This document shows positions 8,677-16,846 of a stretch of DNA of 20,303 bases, piece by piece. The notes below the pieces were generated by a model. The model saw nothing but the letters and a program-made list of their open reading frames with translations, had not been told where the DNA came from and made no database searches. Source of the stretch: Candidatus Zixiibacteriota bacterium (lineage in GTDB: Bacteria; Zixibacteria; MSB-5A5; CAIYYT01); the NCBI GenBank assembly GCA_040235515.1, contig JBECKX010000053.1, positions 1-20,303 on the forward strand, written 5' to 3'. Positions within the stretch are counted from its first letter, which is position 1. Each line of letters starts with the position of its first letter. The translations under genes were made by a program, and so were the position numbers.

Positions 8677-9501
8677 TTAACAAAACCACTTGAGATAAAG
8701 GTAAAGCAGCGGCGCTGCGAACACCAGCGAGTCGAAACGGTCGAGAATGCCGCCGTGGCCGGGGATGATATTGGATGAGTCCTTGACTCCCATCTCGCGT
8801 TTGAAGATCGATTCCGCCAGGTCGCCGAGCTGTCCGAAGAAGGCGATGATCAGCCCGGGGGCGATTAAGTTGAGAAATCCCACCTGCTTGAGAAAGATGA
8901 AATTGAAAATTCCGGCTGCAAGGATTGCTCCACCAAGTCCCCCGATGAAGCCAACCACAGTCTTGTTCGGGCTAATGGCGGGAGAGAGTTTTGCGTTACC
9001 GAATTTCCAACCGAAGAAGTAGGCGGCGGTATCGGCAATCCAGAGGGTCGCGAAGAGATAGACAAGCCAGCCACCACCGGAACCGCCGACGTCCGAGGTG
9101 ATCTGCGGAATCAGCAGCATGGTCGCGAAGCCGATGGTTAGATAGAACAGCGACAGCAACGTCAATCCCATAGTCCTGCTGACATCACCAAGCTCCCTGG
9201 TGAAGGTGTGCGGCAGAGTCGCGAAAATCATGGTGGCGATGATCGCCTCGACCAGATACCTGCTCTCCAATTGCTGGATTGAATATGGAACGAACAGCGC
9301 CGGAATAATCAGCAAGAGCTTGTGCCACAACTGCAATCGGAGACCGGTCAGGGTGAAGAACTCCCAGAGTGACATTGCAAGCAGCACCTCGATCAGGATC
9401 AGCAGCGGCCAGCCGCCCGCGAGACAGATATAGATAAGGATCGGGATGAAAATGACTGCGACCAGCAGTCTGAGTGCGAGATTGCGCGAGATCAACGCCA
9501 C
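8677..9501 (-). CDS. cdsA: Phosphatidate cytidylyltransferase
   Basis: Polytopic membrane protein with DTAAYFFG, ISPNKT, GDLAESIFKR and KDSSNIIPGHGGILDRFDS signature. Follows uppS. Confidence 0.97.
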   Translation of the reverse strand: MALISRNLALRLLVAVIFIPILIYICLAGGWPLLILIEVLLAMSLWEFFTLTGLRLQLWHKLLLIIPALFVPYSIQQLESRYLVEAIIATMIFATLPHTFTRELGDVSRTMGLTLLSLFYLTIGFATMLLIPQITSDVGGSGGGWLVYLFATLWIADTAAYFFGWKFGNAKLSPAISPNKTVVGFIGGLGGAILAAGIFNFIFLKQVGFLNLIAPGLIIAFFGQLGDLAESIFKREMGVKDSSNIIPGHGGILDRFDSLVFAAPLLYLYLKWFC

Positions 9502-9515
9502 GTCGTTACAGGCTC

Positions 9516-10268
9516 CTAGAGCTTCCCGAAGCGGCGTTCGCGTTTTTGATAATCAAGGATTGCGCGCAGAAATTCGGCTTCGCTGAAGTCTGGCCAGAGT
9601 ACCGGTGTGATGTACAACTCCGTGTATGAAGTCTGCCACAGCAGGAAATTCGACAACCTTTGCTCACCCGAAGTTCTGATCAGCAGATCGGGATCGGGCA
9701 GGGGATAGGTGAAGAGATAACGGGAGAACAGTTCCTCATCGACATCTTTGAGGCGAATATTCCCGGATTTGTAGTCCTTTGCGATCTGCTTCACCGCTTC
9801 GAGTATCTCTGTTCGACCACCATAGTTCAATGCCAGGTTGAGCACCAGCCCGGTATTGGCCGCGGTCTTGCGAATAGCCTGTTCGATCGCCTTGCGGCGG
9901 GAGAAGGGAAGTTCCTCGATTTGTCCCGTAACGATCAGGCGAACGTTGTTGGCGATCAGATCATCCAGTTCGGCGCGGGCGGTATCGGTGAGCAGCTTGA
10001 AGAGGAAGTTGACCTCCGAGCGCGGGCGTTTCCAATTCTCGACGCTGAAAGTGTAGAGTGTCAGATAGGGGATTTCGAGTTGACCGCACGCCTCAACGAT
10101 GCCGCGAGCGGCTTTGACGCCGGCCTTATGGCCATCCGAGCGTTTCAGTCCACGCTTGTTGGCCCAGCGGCCGTTGCCATCCATAATGATGGCGACATGC
10201 GCGGGTAGCTTCTCGTGTGAGATTTTCTCGCGGAGAGAGTCTGTATCGGGGAGAGTTGACGAGGTCAG
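9516..10268 (-). CDS. uppS: Undecaprenyl diphosphate synthase (cis-prenyltransferase); start probably a non-canonical CTG at 10268
   Basis: LPAHVAIIMDGNGRW, YTFSVENWKRP, ALNYGGR and PDLLIRTSGEQRLSNFLLWQ. The frame is open upstream of ATG 10184 to a stop at 10281-10283 with no ATG/GTG/TTG. Identity is secure; the start is inferred. Confidence 0.93.
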   Translation of the reverse strand: MTSSTLPDTDSLREKISHEKLPAHVAIIMDGNGRWANKRGLKRSDGHKAGVKAARGIVEACGQLEIPYLTLYTFSVENWKRPRSEVNFLFKLLTDTARAELDDLIANNVRLIVTGQIEELPFSRRKAIEQAIRKTAANTGLVLNLALNYGGRTEILEAVKQIAKDYKSGNIRLKDVDEELFSRYLFTYPLPDPDLLIRTSGEQRLSNFLLWQTSYTELYITPVLWPDFSEAEFLRAILDYQKRERRFGKL

Positions 10269-10822
10269 ACCTCCATCACCTCATCTTCTTTGCTCTTCGT
10301 CAGAGCGTCGATTTCAGCAATATACTTGTCGGTTAAGTCTTGTGCGTCGATCTCACCGTTGCGGCGGGCATCCTCTGAGATGTCGCCATCCTTCTCACCC
10401 TTGCGCAGGTGGTCGATCATATCGCGCCGGATATTCCGAACCGCAATACGGGCATCCTCAGCCATCTTGCTGACCAGCTTCACCATCTCCTTGCGACGTT
10501 CCTCGCTCAGAGCCGGCACCGGCACGCGCACTACCTGGCCATCGGACTGCGGGTTAAGGCCGACGTTGGCTTTCTGAATCGCTTTGACGATTTCACCTGC
10601 CAGTTGCTTTTCGTACGGCTGAATGACAATCAACTGTGCTTCCGGAGTCGCCAGGGTCGCCACCTGGTTGAGCGGCGTCTCCGCACCATAATATTCTACT
10701 TTGATATCATCGAGCATGTGGATATTCGCTTTGCCGGAACGCACAGTTCCGAAATGCTGTTTCAGGTTGGCGACGGTCTTTTTCATTTTACCGTCGGCGT
10801 CAGCTTTTAGCTCCTTCAGCAT
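10265..10822 (-). CDS. frr: Ribosome recycling factor
   Basis: RSGKAN, VEYYG, GLNPQSDG, PALSEERRKEMVK and AVRNIRRD. 185 aa, SD GGGAGGA. Confidence 0.98.
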   Translation of the reverse strand: MLKELKADADGKMKKTVANLKQHFGTVRSGKANIHMLDDIKVEYYGAETPLNQVATLATPEAQLIVIQPYEKQLAGEIVKAIQKANVGLNPQSDGQVVRVPVPALSEERRKEMVKLVSKMAEDARIAVRNIRRDMIDHLRKGEKDGDISEDARRNGEIDAQDLTDKYIAEIDALTKSKEDEVMEV

Positions 10823-11010
10823 TGCTTATCCTCCCGATCAACTAACGATTGTTTGAAATAGTGGTTTGATCTGTCGCCACGCCTGCAATCTCCGCACCAC
10901 CATGTGATGCCGACGCTGCCACCGATCGGCAGTCACTCCTGCGACCTATCTGTGGTACTTCGTTGCGCGACAAAGAAATTCTGCCTCAGTTGAGCGCAAC
11001 ACTCGGAAAC

Positions 11011-11730
11011 TCAGTTGGTAACCCTCGTTCCCACGTCTTCCCCCATTACGACTTTACGCAGATTCCCCGCCTCGGTCAACTTAAAAACGATCAACGGCAA
11101 TTCGTTCTCCTCCAGCAGAGTGAATGCCGTGCCATCCATCACCTTCAGGTGACGTTTGAGCGCCTCGTCATAGGTAAGTTTCTCGAAACGCCTGGCATTC
11201 GGATTCGTCATCGGATCGTCATCGTAAACGCCGTCCACCTTCGTGGCCTTGAGAACGACATCCACTTCGGTCTCGACGCCGCGCAACACGGCAGCGGTAT
11301 CGGTGGTGAAGTAGGGGTTGCCGGTCCCGGCGGCCATGATCACTATGCGACCCTTCTCCATATGACGAATCGCGCGCCGCCGGATGTAGGTCTCGGCGAC
11401 CGCTTCGATACGAATAGCACTGAGTACCCGGGTGAAGAGTCCATGGTTTTCCATGGTGGATTGCAGCGCCATCGCGTTGATTACGGTGGCGAGCATGCCC
11501 ATGTAATCACCGGTGGCGCGTGTGATACCCATTTCGACACCGGCCGTCCCGCGGTGGATATTTCCGCCACCGATGACGATGCCGATCTCGACGCCCTTCT
11601 CCTTGATTGCTTTTACTTCTTGAGTGACAAATTCCAGTTGCTGCGGATCGATTCCGAAGCCCTGCTCTCCGGCGAGTTGTTCACCGGAGAGCTTGAGCAG
11701 GATTCTCTTATAGGCAGGGTCATCCGCCAT
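11011..11730 (-). CDS. pyrH: UMP kinase
   Basis: RILLKLSGE, IGGGNIHRG, DYMGMLAT, GTGNPYFTTD and KVDGVYDDDP. Its ATG directly abuts the tsf stop. Confidence 0.98.
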   Translation of the reverse strand: MADDPAYKRILLKLSGEQLAGEQGFGIDPQQLEFVTQEVKAIKEKGVEIGIVIGGGNIHRGTAGVEMGITRATGDYMGMLATVINAMALQSTMENHGLFTRVLSAIRIEAVAETYIRRRAIRHMEKGRIVIMAAGTGNPYFTTDTAAVLRGVETEVDVVLKATKVDGVYDDDPMTNPNARRFEKLTYDEALKRHLKVMDGTAFTLLEENELPLIVFKLTEAGNLRKVVMGEDVGTRVTN

Positions 11731-12324
11731 CTATTCACCGACCAGGAATCTGGCGAAACGGCTGACCGAAATATTCTCGCCCAGTTTGGCGATCGTGGCG
11801 GTGATGTAATCCTTGATCGTGATATCAGGATCTTTGACGTACTGCTGTTCCATCATGACGACTTCAGAGTAGTACTTCTCGATTTTGCCATCCACGATCT
11901 TATCGATGATCTTCTCAGGCTTGCCTTCGTTGAGAGCCTGGTGACGGTACACTTCACGCTCCTTCTCGAGCAGTTCGGTGTCGAGTTCCTCGCGATTCAC
12001 CACCAGAGGGTTGGCCGCGGCGATATGCATCGCCAGGTTGCGGACCAGTTCGCGGAAGTCGTCGGTGCGGGCGACGAAGTCGGTCTCGCAGTTGACTTCC
12101 ACCATCACGGCGAGTTTGTCACCCTGATGAGTGTAGGTGCCTATCAGACCCTCTTTGGTCTCGCGCTCAGCCTTCTTGGCGGCCTTGCTGATCCCGCGCT
12201 CGCGCAGGATCGTAATCGCCTTATCCATGTCACCATCTGCTTCGACCAGCGCCTTCTTGCACTCCATCATGCCGGCGCCGGAGCTTTCGCGCAGTTGTTT
12301 TACCTGATCTGCAGTGATAGCCAT
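11731..12324 (-). CDS. tsf: Translation elongation factor Ts (short form, 197 aa)
   Basis: Start [13 protein letters not shown] at 12324. [21 protein letters not shown] and RFARF motifs. Confidence 0.97.
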   Translation of the reverse strand: MAITADQVKQLRESSGAGMMECKKALVEADGDMDKAITILRERGISKAAKKAERETKEGLIGTYTHQGDKLAVMVEVNCETDFVARTDDFRELVRNLAMHIAAANPLVVNREELDTELLEKEREVYRHQALNEGKPEKIIDKIVDGKIEKYYSEVVMMEQQYVKDPDITIKDYITATIAKLGENISVSRFARFLVGE

Positions 12325-12349
12325 TTCTATTACTAATCCTTCCTCAAAT

Positions 12350-13171
12350 CTAATCGTCAGTGTCGGCTGAATCGTTGTTACCGTCGGCTGACTCTGCGCT
12401 TTCACCCGCAGAGGCGGCCTTTTCGGTCGCAGCCGGCTTCTGCTGTTGTTTGGATGCTTCAATCATCGCCTGTTCGGTGTCGTCCGCGAGTCGCTGCTGC
12501 GCTTCCAAAATCGAATCGGCAATGCGCTTGGTGATCACCTTGATCGACTTGATGGCATCGTCGTTGCCTGCGATCGGGAAGTCGATCGGGTCGGGATCGG
12601 AATTTGTATCAATGATACCGATGATCGGTATCCCGAGTTTGCGGGCTTCCGCAACAGCGATTTTCTCTTTCTTGCAGTCGACGACGAACACGAGTCCGGG
12701 CAGACGGTTCATTTCGCGAATCCCGCCGAGCACCTTGTTGAGCTTCTCGTGTTCGCGGGAGAGCATCGAGATTTCCTTCTTCGAGATTTTCTCGAACGTG
12801 CCGTCCTGCTCCATCCGCTCGATATCTTTCAAACGCTTGATATTGCGCTTGATCGTCTGGAAGTTTGTCAGCATCCCACCCAGCCAGCGCTCCGTGACGT
12901 AATATTGGCCGCTGCGCTGCGCTTCAGCCTTCATCACTTCCTGAGCCTGCTTCTTGGTGCCGACGAAGAGCACATACTGATTCCGCGAAATCACCTCATT
13001 GACCTTACGGCAGGCGACTTTGAGTGAATCGAGTGTTTTGTTGAGATCGATGATATAGATGCCGTTCTTGGCGGTGAAGATGAACTTCTTCATCTTCGGA
13101 TTCCAACGGCGGGTCTGGTGTCCGAAATGGACGCCAGCTTCGAGAAGGTCACGAACTGTGACTTCAGCCAT
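12350..13171 (-). CDS. rpsB: 30S ribosomal protein S2
   Basis: [35 protein letters not shown] and GNDDAIKS. Acidic low-complexity C-terminal tail. Confidence 0.99.
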   Translation of the reverse strand: MAEVTVRDLLEAGVHFGHQTRRWNPKMKKFIFTAKNGIYIIDLNKTLDSLKVACRKVNEVISRNQYVLFVGTKKQAQEVMKAEAQRSGQYYVTERWLGGMLTNFQTIKRNIKRLKDIERMEQDGTFEKISKKEISMLSREHEKLNKVLGGIREMNRLPGLVFVVDCKKEKIAVAEARKLGIPIIGIIDTNSDPDPIDFPIAGNDDAIKSIKVITKRIADSILEAQQRLADDTEQAMIEASKQQQKPAATEKAASAGESAESADGNNDSADTDD

Positions 13172-13189
13172 GCAGTACTCCTGAAATTT

Positions 13190-13307
13190 CGGTTAATCCT
13201 CCGCTCGGATCAACTCTGCATTGGACCGGGACTGCAGGGAAGTATGCCGCAGCGAAAGGGCACGCTGTTCCCTGAAGACCACCCGGGCAGATCCCCGAAC
13301 GTGTGTC
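13190..13307 (-). promoter_or_regulatory. rpsB 5' leader, S2 autoregulatory RNA (t44-like)
   Basis: Minus strand ACACACG...CCGGGTG...CGGAGGATTAACC parallels the E. coli t44/S2 leader (ACACACG...GGGGTG...GGAGGCATAACC). Pairings CGTTCGG/CCGAGCG and TCTGC/GCAGA, with inner stem CAGGGAA/TTCCCTG (13235-13274). Confidence 0.8.
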
Positions 13308-13439
13308 GTTACTCAATCTATGACTTAAAGCCGTCGCGACGGCTCCACCGTAGTTGTGGCGCTCGGTACACGACAGACTCAAGCTCAAATCAAAATAGTT
13401 GGTGGCGCCAACCGCAGGCTGACGCCGCAACCCTGCTGC

Positions 13440-13475
13440 ACTGGTATCGTTACCGGTATCGCTACCAGTATCGCT
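13440..13475. repeat. 3 x 12-bp tandem repeat that also forms a 30-bp imperfect palindrome, just downstream of rpsI
   Basis: ACTGGTATCGTT ACCGGTATCGCT ACCAGTATCGCT. 13440-13469 matches its own reverse complement at 26/30 positions. Confidence 0.7.
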
Positions 13476-13479
13476 CCGT

Positions 13480-13872
13480 TTAACGCTTCGAGAACTGGAA
13501 GCGCTTGCGGGCTTTCACCTGACCATACTTCTTGCGCTCAACCATGCGAGCGTCACGGGTCAGCATCCCGGCAGCTTTCAGCGGGCCGCGAAATTCCGGA
13601 TCGAACTTTGCCAGCGCGCGCGCCAGAGCATGTCTGATTGCGCCGGCCTGCCCGGAGAGTCCGCCGCCACGGGCGCGAATCTTGACATCCAGACGACCCT
13701 CCATCTCAACCGTCTTGAACGGTTCGGTCGCGTGAGTTACCAGCGACTCGCGAGTAAGGTAGGGGAGTAGTTCTCTTCCGTTAACTTCGACTTTGCCAGA
13801 TCCGGCGGAAATCCAGAGACTTGCGACGGCGTTTTTCCGTCTGCCGGTGGCATGAATTGCTTCGGTAGCCAT
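13480..13872 (-). CDS. rpsI: 30S ribosomal protein S9
   Basis: TGRRKNAVA, GGGLSGQAGAIRH, LTRDARMVERKKYG and C-terminal QFSKR. Confidence 0.99.
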   Translation of the reverse strand: MATEAIHATGRRKNAVASLWISAGSGKVEVNGRELLPYLTRESLVTHATEPFKTVEMEGRLDVKIRARGGGLSGQAGAIRHALARALAKFDPEFRGPLKAAGMLTRDARMVERKKYGQVKARKRFQFSKR

Positions 13873-13954
13873 TCGACTCCTTTATAGTCCTGACTCTTTA
13901 TTCAACTTCAAAGTGTGAGACTCAATTCCAATCATAACTGCAAGTAAACCGGGT

Positions 13955-14389
13955 TTACTTGATTACCAGCGGTTCCGGCTTCTGCGCGGCATGCGGATGC
14001 TCGGGGCCGGAGTAGATTTTCAGTTTCTTCAGCATCTTGCGACCCAGCGGACCCTTGGGGAGCATTCCCCACACCGCTTTGCGAACCACCCACTCCGGGC
14101 GCTGCACGACAGCCTTCGCAAAAGTGGTTTGACGCAGGCCACCCGGATATCCGGTATGCCAGTGATATTCCTTCTCGATCTCCTTCTTGGGAGTCGAGAG
14201 GCGAACCTTGGAGGCGTTGACAACGACAACGAAATCTCCAAAATCGAGGAACGGTGTATATTGCGGCTTGGTCTTGCCCATCAGAATGCGGGCGATGCGT
14301 GCCGCCTGGCGCCCCAGGATTTGATCCTTGAGGTCAACCACATACCATTTTTGTTCTACCGAATCTTTCTTCGGAATGTAAGTCTTCAC
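13955..14389 (-). CDS. rplM: 50S ribosomal protein L13
   Basis: WYVVD, LGR, GKTKPQYTP, GDFVVVVNA, HTGYPGG, GMLPK and HPHAAQKP. GTG start with SD AGGAG. Confidence 0.99.
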   Translation of the reverse strand: MKTYIPKKDSVEQKWYVVDLKDQILGRQAARIARILMGKTKPQYTPFLDFGDFVVVVNASKVRLSTPKKEIEKEYHWHTGYPGGLRQTTFAKAVVQRPEWVVRKAVWGMLPKGPLGRKMLKKLKIYSGPEHPHAAQKPEPLVIK

Positions 14390-14425
14390 ACAATTCTCCT
14401 ACAAAATCGAAAAACTAAGACCCGT

Positions 14426-14466
14426 ATAATACGAACCGACAGCCTTTTGTCAAGAGGCTGTCGGTT
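14426..14466 (-). promoter_or_regulatory. Putative rplM promoter embedded in an inverted repeat
   Basis: TTGACA (14453-14448), 16 nt, TATTAT (14431-14426). Arms AACCGACAGCCT (14434-14445) / AGGCTGTCGGTT (14455-14466) flank the -35. Confidence 0.65.
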
Positions 14467-14554
14467 AATTCTTGGCTCTTTTTTTGGCGTCACATCCGGC
14501 TATGCCGTTGTCGCCAAAACTATTTGCGCCGGCAGAAGGTTTCTCTGCGCCGCT

Positions 14555-15187
14555 CTATGCTCCCGCGCAGGCAGCACAGGGATTCGGGCCGCCGCCGAAG
14601 ATATAGTTGATGATATAGACCGCGTCTCCGATGATAACCAACCCGTCGCAATCGACATCCCCGGAGGAAAGCGGGTTTGGCGCCGGTCCGCCGGCAAAGA
14701 TGTAGTTCACGATGTATACGGCATCTGTGATAATCACCAGGCCGTCTCCATCGACATCACCGCAAACGAGGCCTGCGCCCCCACCGAAATCTTGCCAGAA
14801 ACCGCTGTTAAGCATGAAGTTAGTCGAAGTTGAGGGTCCAGCGACCGTCTGACCGATCGTACCATTCAGCATGAAATTGGTGGAGGTCATCAATCCGCCA
14901 CCGGATGAGATAACATCCCAGTTGATCTCTTCGCCGGCCTGCGGTCCGGCTGGAAGCTGTGTAGCGCCCGGAGTCGAACCGGGGTTGGTAGCTGATTCTC
15001 CGGTAGTCGTTGTCGGGAGGGAAGATGCGGGAGTATCGTTCTTTTTTGCGGCAGGTGCGGTCGTCTCTGTGGCTTTACCTGATGCAGCTGCTGCAGCCTT
15101 CTTCTGAGCTCCGAGCAACGGTACAGCAGCAATCAGAGCTGCGCAGAGCAAGAGACTCAGAGATAGTCGCAAATGGAGGGATCGCAT
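14555..15187 (-). CDS. Secreted protein: signal peptide, Ala/Thr/Pro linker, 'INW..SGGG..GTIGQ..GFW' domain and C-terminal dockerin-like domain
   Basis: Hydrophobic N-terminus. Duplicated calcium-loop/helix units GDVDGDGLVIITDAVYIVNYIF and GDVDCDGLVIIGDAVYIINYIF with 4 Cys. SD AAGGAG. Confidence 0.8.
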   Translation of the reverse strand: MRSLHLRLSLSLLLCAALIAAVPLLGAQKKAAAAASGKATETTAPAAKKNDTPASSLPTTTTGESATNPGSTPGATQLPAGPQAGEEINWDVISSGGGLMTSTNFMLNGTIGQTVAGPSTSTNFMLNSGFWQDFGGGAGLVCGDVDGDGLVIITDAVYIVNYIFAGGPAPNPLSSGDVDCDGLVIIGDAVYIINYIFGGGPNPCAACAGA

Positions 15188-15228
15188 GATTGAAGTTCTC
15201 CTTGATTATAGATCAATATAATGCAAAT

Positions 15229-16824
15229 TCAGTTTTCTGCAAGCATTTCGAGCAGTTCCTCAAGCTTCTCCACGCGCTCTTTCAGCGCGATAGTTTCCGC
15301 CCGGTTGGCTGCCAATGCCGACTTAAGTTCTCGATTTTCCGCTATCAACTCTTTGACCGCCGCCAGCGCGACACCTGCTACATCCCCAGCTGCGAGGTAG
15401 TTGTTAACCCTCTCGCCGGTCTCTTCATCGATCGTGCCAACTCCGAAGGCTGCGACGAACTCTTCGGCGTAGGGCCCGATATGGTATTCATCAGATTCGC
15501 GGTAACTCCAGCCTTCAATGTTTAAGGACTCGATTGCGTCGAAGAGTTGCTGCTCGTTAAGGGGCGTGAAGTTCTCTTTGAATTCCCTGGAGGAAGCATT
15601 GGTCCAGACACCGCCGGCCGTAAGGTGCGCACCGTTGCCGTTGGAAGTACCGGTGCCGACATGTATGGGATAGCTGATCGGCCCGTCGTCGTTGTCGCGA
15701 TTGAGGGCAAGACGCCCGTGTGACGGGCCATCGAAAAAATTGATAATTCGAGTTGCACCCCGCTGGTTGACGTTTTGTCCAAAGGTCAGGACGTAGTTCG
15801 AGGGCGCGCCAAGAAGATCGTAGATGCCGCAGTTGCTCCCGCCCAATATCGTACTGTAGGCCCCATTGTTTTGATTCGTACTGCCACCAACAATTGCAGA
15901 GTATGAATCTGAGAGCGTATTGTTGCCGCCACCCAGAATCGACGATCGCTCGCCATTACATTGGTTGCCTATGCCCCCGAGAATGCTGGAATAGGTGTTA
16001 CTGGACAAATTATTGGATCCTCCGGCAATAGCGGATGATATCCCGGATGCGGTATTCCCGTAACCGCCGCCGATCATAGAGTTGTCGCCAGTCACTACGT
16101 TTCCGACACCTCCTGCAACGACGGATGCGAAACCATCAACCTCATTATTGACACCGCCTCCTACCGTGGTGTAGGAACTAATCGCAGTGTTATCATATCC
16201 ACCGCCGATTGTGGTGAAATACCCCGTTGCCTGGTTTAGGTACCCTCCACCAATATGGGCACGCCGATTTGAAGCGACGTTGTCAGTACCTCCTGTGATT
16301 GACGAATAGACGCCTGTGGCTGAATTGTTCGCGCCGAACGCAATTCCGGTACTGTCGCCCAACACGTTCCCGGTACCCACACTCAAACCTTCCTCAACGG
16401 TGAGAATACCGGATATCAATCCACCGCCGCTGCCATCCACCGTTTCTACCCTCCGCGCGAACGGAACCGACAGGAGTCGCTGACGCGGGGAGGTTTCCGT
16501 GCCTCCGTTGATTTTGATCGCGAAGAATAAGTCATCAGTGGCGAAAAGTCCGGACGTCAACGCAGAAGACTCCCCGAGGATAACATTGAACAAGCCATCC
16601 ACCACAGCCACACCCACATGGCTCTCGCTCCAGAGCGATGACCCACCCACAGGCACGTCGTACAAGAAGAACTCGAGGTTGTAACTTCCGGTCAGCGGGT
16701 CTCCGTTGGCATCGGAGAGACGCCCTTGATACTTAATCTGCTGCGGTGTAGCCGCCACCATCGTTGTCAACCTGAGTATGAAGAGCAATGTTAGTAATGT
16801 CACGCTCAAGCGTTTGGCGTTCAT
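15229..16824 (-). CDS. Secreted fibre-like protein, paralog A (YQGRL domain, 11 x 15-aa Gly repeats, Peptidase_S74-like chaperone, coiled coil)
   Basis: Signal peptide and IKYQGRL. Repeats S-x-I-x-GG-x-x-N at about 15811-16305. WTNASSREFKENF (Ser+5 Lys) and HIGPYAEEF, then a heptad-like C-terminus. Confidence 0.8.
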   Translation of the reverse strand: MNAKRLSVTLLTLLFILRLTTMVAATPQQIKYQGRLSDANGDPLTGSYNLEFFLYDVPVGGSSLWSESHVGVAVVDGLFNVILGESSALTSGLFATDDLFFAIKINGGTETSPRQRLLSVPFARRVETVDGSGGGLISGILTVEEGLSVGTGNVLGDSTGIAFGANNSATGVYSSITGGTDNVASNRRAHIGGGYLNQATGYFTTIGGGYDNTAISSYTTVGGGVNNEVDGFASVVAGGVGNVVTGDNSMIGGGYGNTASGISSAIAGGSNNLSSNTYSSILGGIGNQCNGERSSILGGGNNTLSDSYSAIVGGSTNQNNGAYSTILGGSNCGIYDLLGAPSNYVLTFGQNVNQRGATRIINFFDGPSHGRLALNRDNDDGPISYPIHVGTGTSNGNGAHLTAGGVWTNASSREFKENFTPLNEQQLFDAIESLNIEGWSYRESDEYHIGPYAEEFVAAFGVGTIDEETGERVNNYLAAGDVAGVALAAVKELIAENRELKSALAANRAETIALKERVEKLEELLEMLAEN

Positions 16825-16846
16825 GGCCTATCCTTTATTTCTTTGG

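Noticed and set aside
10823..11010. 188-bp pyrH-frr gap as a possible tRNA or sRNA
   Set aside because: Only a weak TGCCGA/TCGGCA stem; no cloverleaf or other recognisable RNA motif.
10963..12336. 457-aa plus-strand ORF
   Set aside because: Antisense shadow of the in-frame abutting tsf and pyrH genes; no recognisable motifs.
12325..12462. N-terminal extension of tsf in the ORF track
   Set aside because: Overlaps the rpsB 3' end; EF-Ts homology begins at MAITADQVK (12324).
14482..14519. Hairpin TTTTGGCG...CGGC-TAT-GCCG...CGCCAAAA downstream of the dockerin-like gene as a terminator
   Set aside because: On the transcribed (minus) strand it is followed by an A-run, not a U-tract, and the stem is interrupted; not called.
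13991..14833. 280-aa plus-strand ORF
   Set aside because: Overlaps rplM and the dockerin-like gene on the opposite strand; no supporting features.
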